Assembly: GCA_965248475.1 (NCBI GenBank)
Contig: OZ252106.1
Location: 101,099 to 165,098, forward strand
DNA length: 64,000 nt
Direction of reading: 5' to 3'
DNA from: Dehalococcoidia bacterium
Lineage (GTDB): Bacteria > Chloroflexota > Dehalococcoidia > Lucifugimonadales > G965248475
Shown here one piece after another: positions 58,616 to 64,000 of this stretch. Every line of letters starts with the position of its first letter. Position 1 is the stretch's first letter. The position numbers were made by a program, and so were the translations under genes. A model generated the notes under the pieces. That model saw only the letters and a list, made by a program, of their open reading frames with translations, did not search any database and was not told where the DNA came from.

Positions 58616-59490
58616 GTCACATCCTCGTTTCCATCATTCAAGAACCTGGCGATTGCATCCTCAGTGGAATACGGGCGGTCATCGAACGTCGCCCAATTCA
58701 CGACTTTGCTGAGTTTACCTTCGCCCTGAGAGACGAATGTTCCGATAACCGGGGCCGCGTCCGAGTAATCCCGTCCGTTGGCGAACTTTAGGACGCCTAC
58801 ACCAAGGTCTCCGACCATGTTCGTTGTGCAGTCTGCGGGCACCCAGCCAACCTGCGGGTTCAAAAACTCGAACCACGAGTGGGTTTCGCCTACACTCTCG
58901 GTCCGAATGCCACCGACGTACCGGCAGGGAATTCCTAGAGCACGGAGCAGGCCAATGGCCAAGTGTGTCTGGTCTTGACACACCCCTCGACCGATGCGCA
59001 GCACCTCATGGGCCGGCGTATGCACGTCGGTATCTCCCCTTTTATATTCGATATTCCGATGCACCCAGTCCACCACCCTCACAACTGATTCAACGAGCCA
59101 TTCGTTGATACCGGGTATGCCTGCTGCAAGATCGGCGAGCTTGCGAGGTTCAACAAAACGGGAGGGGCCGAGGAAGTCTAAGTTCTCTGGGTCATTGCTG
59201 GGGATGAGACGTCGTACGTCGCCAGCTTGTAGTGTCCTCGAGCGCAGCTCCGCCTGGCCAACCGATACTACTAACAACTCGCGATGTTGCGTCGTGACTC
59301 GCACCCTATGGACGAGGTTTTCGAAACGGTCTTTGTAGCTGACCTGCCCGCCCGAGGGACGGGTCAGGACTTCATAGCGGATGGGAGCCTGGTAGTCGTC
59401 CAACTGTGGTACGAGTCGGAGAAAATTATCATTCTCGAACACCTCGGAGTTGTACCGATACTCTGCTACATATGCGTAGCTCAGTAACAT
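58612..59490 (-). CDS. transglutaminase family protein (Bact_transglu_N + core; paralog A)
   Basis: N-domain ...YRYNSEVFENDNFLRLVP... Core GVCQDQTHL...THSWFEF...WVPADCT. Confidence 0.85.
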   Translation of the reverse strand: MLLSYAYVAEYRYNSEVFENDNFLRLVPQLDDYQAPIRYEVLTRPSGGQVSYKDRFENLVHRVRVTTQHRELLVVSVGQAELRSRTLQAGDVRRLIPSNDPENLDFLGPSRFVEPRKLADLAAGIPGINEWLVESVVRVVDWVHRNIEYKRGDTDVHTPAHEVLRIGRGVCQDQTHLAIGLLRALGIPCRYVGGIRTESVGETHSWFEFLNPQVGWVPADCTTNMVGDLGVGVLKFANGRDYSDAAPVIGTFVSQGEGKLSKVVNWATFDDRPYSTEDAIARFLNDGNEDVT

Positions 59491-59499
59491 CGCTCTCAG

Positions 59500-60870
59500 T
59501 TACCGTACGACCCACGTTGGTTTACACATGCCACCTGACGAGTTATTAGTGATGCGAGTGCCTCCAGAGGAAACCCGGGTGAGCCCGCCCGGAGGCACGG
59601 TTACGTTCCCATTCTCGTTTTGGAAGGCAAACACCCGCAGGTCAATGAAGCGTTCTACCAGCTGGCCGGAAGCGACATCCAACACCATGTGTTTGGAAAA
59701 GTCCAGGGTCTCCTGGGCTATAAAGGCCTCTGGTCGTTCGATGATCTGCTGGGTGATGCTGGTGCGATCGACCGTTCCAAGGTCTGGCATGACGTACACA
59801 CCCAAACCTCCATATCCAGACCTGGTTTTGAGGACCAGCTCGTCTAGGTTTCCTAAGACGTGGAGGCGCTGGTCAGATGCGAGAAGGTTGAAACTCGGTA
59901 CCTGTTTCAACACGGGTTCTTCGCCCAAGTAATGCCTGATTATCTCAGGCGCGTACATATAGACCAGCTTGTCGTCGGCCGCGCCGGTTCCCATAGCGTT
60001 TATGAGGATCACCTTCCCTTCCAAGTAGGACTGCATCAGTCCGGGTGTGAAGATGTCCAGGTCCTCAACTCTTCGGTAGATAACATCAACGGGAATGTCT
60101 CCGTCCAGCGTCTGCACTCGGATCCGCCCGTCGGGGTCCCGATGAAGGTCGGCCCCTTCCACCAGAGGTATCCCGAGTAGCTCTGAAAGAAACCGGTGCT
60201 CGAAAAATGCCGCACCGTGTTTGCCATCCGTCAGCAGCACGGTTACTGGCTCCGCTTGAGCCGACACCGAACGGAACATTTCCCAGTAGGTCTCGCGGAT
60301 GTCATAGGGCTCGATGTCGTAGCCATTGATGAAATCGGGGAAAAACTGGGCCAGAAGTCCGCGCGGTTTGATCTGATACGTAATCCCTGACGGTATTCTC
60401 AGGTTATCCTCTAGCACCGTCCATTCCTGGCCGACTTTGACGAGGTCAACACCATAGATGTGAACAAAGACATCCTTCGGCGGCCGAAACCCTTGGAGGT
60501 CTGGATAAAAATGGCGACACGAAAAAATCACTTCGGGAGGCACAACCTCCTGGTTCCCACAGTAGAGGTCAACGAGAAAGTGATTGATCGCCTTGAGACG
60601 CTGACGGACGCCATCGGCGATTGTTTGCCATTCGGACCTGGGGATGATACGCGGCAACCAATCTGTTGGGGCAGGGCGGAACTGCATCGGGTCCAGCAAG
60701 AAAGTAAAAGAGTCGCTGGAAACCTGCCCGCTAGCCCGCTGGGACCGGTTTCGAAACTCTGTTTCCCCAAGCTCAGCGAGCGAAGACTGCAGAGGCATGT
60801 AGATGTCTCGCGGATTTCCGAGGGAGTCTAGATACTCATTGTTGTCACTGATGGCCCCACTGACCTGCAC
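59500..60870 (-). CDS. circularly permuted type-2 ATP-grasp protein (COG2308-like)
   Basis: 456 aa. ...LVLKTRSGYGGLGVYVMPDL..., ...FIAQETLDFS..., ...DLRVFAF... fit the CP_ATPgrasp_2 family as I remember it. Confidence 0.8.
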   Translation of the reverse strand: MQVSGAISDNNEYLDSLGNPRDIYMPLQSSLAELGETEFRNRSQRASGQVSSDSFTFLLDPMQFRPAPTDWLPRIIPRSEWQTIADGVRQRLKAINHFLVDLYCGNQEVVPPEVIFSCRHFYPDLQGFRPPKDVFVHIYGVDLVKVGQEWTVLEDNLRIPSGITYQIKPRGLLAQFFPDFINGYDIEPYDIRETYWEMFRSVSAQAEPVTVLLTDGKHGAAFFEHRFLSELLGIPLVEGADLHRDPDGRIRVQTLDGDIPVDVIYRRVEDLDIFTPGLMQSYLEGKVILINAMGTGAADDKLVYMYAPEIIRHYLGEEPVLKQVPSFNLLASDQRLHVLGNLDELVLKTRSGYGGLGVYVMPDLGTVDRTSITQQIIERPEAFIAQETLDFSKHMVLDVASGQLVERFIDLRVFAFQNENGNVTVPPGGLTRVSSGGTRITNNSSGGMCKPTWVVR

Positions 60871-61142
60871 TACGAACCCCCTTCAAACGAACGACGCCCT
60901 TCCAAACTAGGACTAGTCCACGGCCCTGAGTGTGCCGCAGAGAGTGATTCGCCCGATACCTGAGTTCAGTCTGAACTGTGGCATTCGAGCATAACAATTC
61001 TAGCTGAGCGCCGAAGGTATGTACACCCTGCTGAACAGGGCTGGACAAGGATCAGACGAGCACCCGACGCTACTGTACAGGCTGTAAACCGTCAGCGAAA
61101 ATGAACACCTGAGAGATCTGGAAATCACGACGGTCAGTAAGG

Positions 61143-61727
61143 AGCTGTTACGAACCGCTATTGTCCCGTGTCAGCTCCCTGTCCCTGGTGCGGTACCGGA
61201 CCAACGACTATTCGGTGCCCGTGGCCTACGGTCACAGGTAGGTGGTGGTTAGGGGCTATGTTGGCGAGGTGGTGATCAGCTGCGGGGCAGAGGTGATAGC
61301 CAGGCACAGGCGATCCTACGAACGCGACGATTTCATCTTCGACCCTGTCCACTGCCTGCCGCTGCTGGAGCGCAAGACGGGAGCGCTGGACCAGGCTGCT
61401 CAGCTGGTCGGGCGGGAGTTTCCGGAGGAGTTCGGTGTGCTGAGGTGGCTGCTGGAGTCGAGGATGGGCAGGCGCGGCAAGAGGGAGTTCGTGCAGGTGC
61501 TACGGCTGATGGAGAACTTCCGGACGCAGGAGGTGTATGAGGCCGTGCGAGATGCCCTCAGGCTCGGCGCCATAAGCTTCGACGCCGTCAAGCACCTGGT
61601 GCTGTGCAGGATGGAGTGCCGCCCACAGAGACTCGACCTGGAGCTGTACCCCTACCTGCCCAGGGTCGCCGTGACGAAGACAGCAGCCAGCGACTACATG
61701 GCGCTCATTTCGGGGAGCAGGCGGTGA
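61143..61727 (+). pseudogene. istA: IstA transposase C-terminal fragment with in-frame TAG
   Basis: ...VSSLSLVRYRTNDYSVPVAYGHR*VVVRGYVGEVVISCGAEVIARHRRSYERDDFIFDPVHCLPLLERKTGALDQA... (TAG 61239-61241). Confidence 0.75.
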
Positions 61728-62434
61728 GCGATAGGTCGACGGTGCTGTTGGAGCACCACCTCAAGGAGCTGAAGCTGCCGGCCTTCCTAAGGGAGTACGG
61801 CAAGGTGGCCGGCCAGTGTGCCGCAGAGGACGTCGACCATCCGGGCTACCTGCTGAGGCTCTCAGAGCTTGAGCTGATAGACCGCCATCATCGCATGGTG
61901 GACCGCAGGATTAAGGCTGCGCGCTTCCCTGCCACGAAGAGCCTCGACACCTTCGACTTCCTGGCCATGCCGTCGGTGAACAAGCACCTGGTGATGCAAC
62001 TGGCACGCTGCGAGTACGTAGACCGGCGAGAGAACGTCATCGCCATAGGCAACAGTGGCACTGGCAAGACCCATGTGGCCCTCGGCCTGGGACTCGCCGC
62101 CTGCCAAAGGGGGCTGTCGGTCGGCTTCACCGCCGCCGCCTCGCTGGTCCACGAGCTGATCGAGGCCAGGGACGAGCGACGACTGCTCAACCTCCAGAAG
62201 AAGCTGGCCCGACTAAAGCTGCTCATCGTCGACGAACTCGGCTTCGTCCCACTCTCCAAGACCGGCGCAGAGCTCCCCTTCGAGGTCTTCGGCTCGGAGA
62301 GACTCACAGGCGCTCTGCTGGATCGCCTCACACACCGCGTTCACATCCTTGAGATGAACGGGGAGAGCTACCGCCTCAAGCAGAACAGGCTAGCCGCCGC
62401 CACGCGCTCAGCCGGCGATTCCCCTGACGCCTAG
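61724..62434 (+). CDS. istB: IstB ATPase helper with an apparent in-frame internal deletion
   Basis: GTG 61724 overlaps the istA stop. Walker A GNSGTGKTH and Walker B LLIVDELG are present, but ...AELPFEV|FGSERLTGALLDRL lacks the ~24 aa (…RYE…TSN…W…) normally between them. Confidence 0.8.
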   Translation: MSDRSTVLLEHHLKELKLPAFLREYGKVAGQCAAEDVDHPGYLLRLSELELIDRHHRMVDRRIKAARFPATKSLDTFDFLAMPSVNKHLVMQLARCEYVDRRENVIAIGNSGTGKTHVALGLGLAACQRGLSVGFTAAASLVHELIEARDERRLLNLQKKLARLKLLIVDELGFVPLSKTGAELPFEVFGSERLTGALLDRLTHRVHILEMNGESYRLKQNRLAAATRSAGDSPDA

Positions 62435-62453
62435 ACTTGACTGGCAGTATTAC

Positions 62454-62888
62454 ATGGATGGGATCCGTATTGGTCGAGGGGATAATGCATCACTCGACAT
62501 CGGCTCGATTGATGATGTGGTGTCGGACATACGCAACAGCTTGATGTTTCACGCCGATTACAATGACGACAGGCAATCCATGTGGGCGAAGGCAGGGGAT
62601 GAGACAGTAAAAGAGACAAGAATAGGTGTCTTCTCAGACGACGATAGCGCAAAGCTGGCGGAGACAGAGGCTAATGAGGAGCTTTCGCAATTACGGGCAC
62701 AGGCAGAGCGTGCAGAAACGGAAGAACAAGGAGAGGAAACAGACGAAGAGCGGTATATGCGGGAATATCTGTCGGCTTGTACCGACCAAGAATTTGACCG
62801 GAGCGGCAAGGAGCTGACCGTCACACAAGTTTGCCGCACTGACTGGTTAGATTTCAGATTCGCCAACTATCTGCTCAGCATTCAATAG
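62454..62888 (+). CDS. hypothetical acidic protein (144 aa)
   Basis: ORF with a Glu-rich central helix (AETEANEELSQLRAQAERAETEEQGEETDEE). No family recognised. Confidence 0.45.
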   Translation: MDGIRIGRGDNASLDIGSIDDVVSDIRNSLMFHADYNDDRQSMWAKAGDETVKETRIGVFSDDDSAKLAETEANEELSQLRAQAERAETEEQGEETDEERYMREYLSACTDQEFDRSGKELTVTQVCRTDWLDFRFANYLLSIQ

Positions 62889-63145
62889 CCGGCCGTGGCC
62901 CATGCCCTCGACTACTCGTTGTCCGGCCTGCGGGCACAGGGGTCCCGTGGGATTGGCTACTTGGAGTCCAATAGCACCGGGCCAGCTATGCCTGAGGTGC
63001 GAAGACCGGGGCTCCATTGCCTCCTGGGGGGGGCGGATTCTGAAGGCCATGCAATGATGCAACATATTGACCGGGGAGATAGGCCTTAAGCTGGGCAACA
63101 TGGGAGTACTGTCCATCCATGGCCACGGATTAAGGAGGTAAGGCG

Positions 63146-63970
63146 ATGGCTGCACAGAATAAACGGGGCATGGTTGATACTCGTTGGCGGGAGTTGCAGC
63201 CGGCCTGGGGTCCCAAGGAGCACGACGGAGAGCGCCAGATGCTCTACGATGTGCTGAACGATAACGACAGCATCGAGTCCTTGGTGGGCTGTGTTTGGGG
63301 CCCGGAAAACGTATTTCGCGTAGGCGCTAACCGTTTGGATCGGATGAGGCAGTACGACGGCATAGCAGTGCTGACCGGAAGGCGGGTCGTTCTGTTCAAG
63401 AAAAAGGGCATGAACAAGCTCATCACGGAAATGCCGCTGCACAACATGGAATCGGTGGATGTTGATGCCACAGGCGAGGTGACCCTCACTGGGCGGAGCT
63501 ACAGCGCTTGGGTCGGCCATGGCGACCCCCAGGCTTTCACGATGCGGGACGTACAAGACGGCTACGCCCGGAACTTTTCCGAGCGGCTGCGAGAAGTGAA
63601 AGCCGCTCCTCCCCCTTCGGCAACACCTGCCTGGTCTTCAGCACCGCCTAGTGCTGTCCTCCCCACGGCGGGCCATGCTGGAATGACCAAGTCCGACCGG
63701 ATCAACGCCCAGTGGCAGGAGCGCTCGACCATGTGGAGTCGGAACGACCCCAGCGTGCCGGAGCGCCTCATGGCAGGGCTGTTGAACTTCTTCACTGGAG
63801 AGAACCTCACCACCTATCCCGGTGAGCTCCGTATCCTGCACGAGGTCCTGGAAGACGACGAGATGTACGTCGTCAAAACAAGTAGGACAGAAAGGGAGGC
63901 TTTGAAGCGTGCAACTTGGACGCTAACCGGCTCAGGCAGTACTCAGATTTGCCAACTTCCGTTCGGCTAG
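63146..63970 (+). CDS. hypothetical protein with bacterial PH-like (YokE-type) domain; second repeat looks truncated
   Basis: ...IAVLTGRRVVLFKKKGMNKLITEMPLHNMESVDVDATGEVTLTG... resembles bPH domains. A second copy of the N-terminal segment (GELRILHEVLEDDEMYV) breaks off near 63870. Confidence 0.5.
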   Translation: MAAQNKRGMVDTRWRELQPAWGPKEHDGERQMLYDVLNDNDSIESLVGCVWGPENVFRVGANRLDRMRQYDGIAVLTGRRVVLFKKKGMNKLITEMPLHNMESVDVDATGEVTLTGRSYSAWVGHGDPQAFTMRDVQDGYARNFSERLREVKAAPPPSATPAWSSAPPSAVLPTAGHAGMTKSDRINAQWQERSTMWSRNDPSVPERLMAGLLNFFTGENLTTYPGELRILHEVLEDDEMYVVKTSRTEREALKRATWTLTGSGSTQICQLPFG

Positions 63971-64000
63971 ACTCTTTTGCTTCACCTCCTGTCTCGTCGC

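Larger units (their letters stand above)
61143..62434 (+). mobile_element. 5'-truncated IS21-family element (left boundary approximate)
   Basis: Only the C-terminal ~195 codons of istA remain, followed by istB. No istA N-terminus or left IR upstream. Confidence 0.75.

Overview
GC-rich bacterial chromosomal window in two very different halves. All family calls come from reading motifs by eye, and no searches were run.

**1-32.2 kb, ordinary core genome.**
- Protein genes: a lipoprotein, hflK-hflC, plsY, a gamma-carbonic-anhydrase-like LbH protein, a tandem-VOC protein, speE-speH, a DRTGG/Pta-N-like protein, DinB-like, GNAT, an LLM (F420-type) oxidoreductase, an aroK-aroB fusion, a TauE/SafE permease pseudogene, MFS, FAH, secreted repeat proteins and MATE.
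- RNA genes: a stand-alone 23S rRNA gene with its own sigma70-like promoter and a long processing stem. There is no 16S upstream and no 5S downstream. An initiator tRNA follows it. The whole window holds seven tRNAs.
- Three family-III (CaiB/BaiF) CoA-transferases. Two form a tandem pair sharing a 1067-bp block of apparently 100% identity, with abruptly diverged 3' ends.

**32.2-64 kb, a mosaic of decaying mobile DNA starting at a tRNA(CAU).**
- A large serine recombinase broken by one ochre codon, with an RHH partner.
- A DUF3267-like zincin, a membrane-anchored excisionase-like HTH, and a replication-relaxation-family protein next to a perfect 14-bp-stem hairpin.
- An intact IS3-family element.
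- A second, intact large serine recombinase with a frameshifted PAPS-reductase-family gene.
- Iteron-like and tandem repeats, and an LRR gene fragment.
- An ABC exporter locus whose permease is cut off after 47 codons.
- A single-strand defence array: Phd/VapC, then HsdR, then fused HsdM::HsdS, then XRE-ImmA/IrrE, then DUF4411 PIN-like.
- A defective nested IS3-family element.
- A four-gene circularly permuted ATP-grasp / transglutaminase / short alpha-E / transglutaminase operon.
- A 5'-truncated IS21 with an internally deleted istB.
- Two hypothetical genes.

**What I did not find.** No CRISPR array and no unmistakably unprecedented gene family.

**Best candidates for an under-described system.**
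- (a) The IS-bracketed ATP-grasp/transglutaminase/alpha-E operon in a defence-adjacent mobile context.
- (b) The compact VapBC / type I R-M (M::S fusion) / ImmA-DUF4411 array.
- (c) The replication-relaxation gene with its hairpin, as a possible oriT or origin.

**Taxonomy.** The unlinked rRNA and the CoA-transferase/LLM paralogues are reminiscent of Chloroflexota (SAR202-like). This is inference only.
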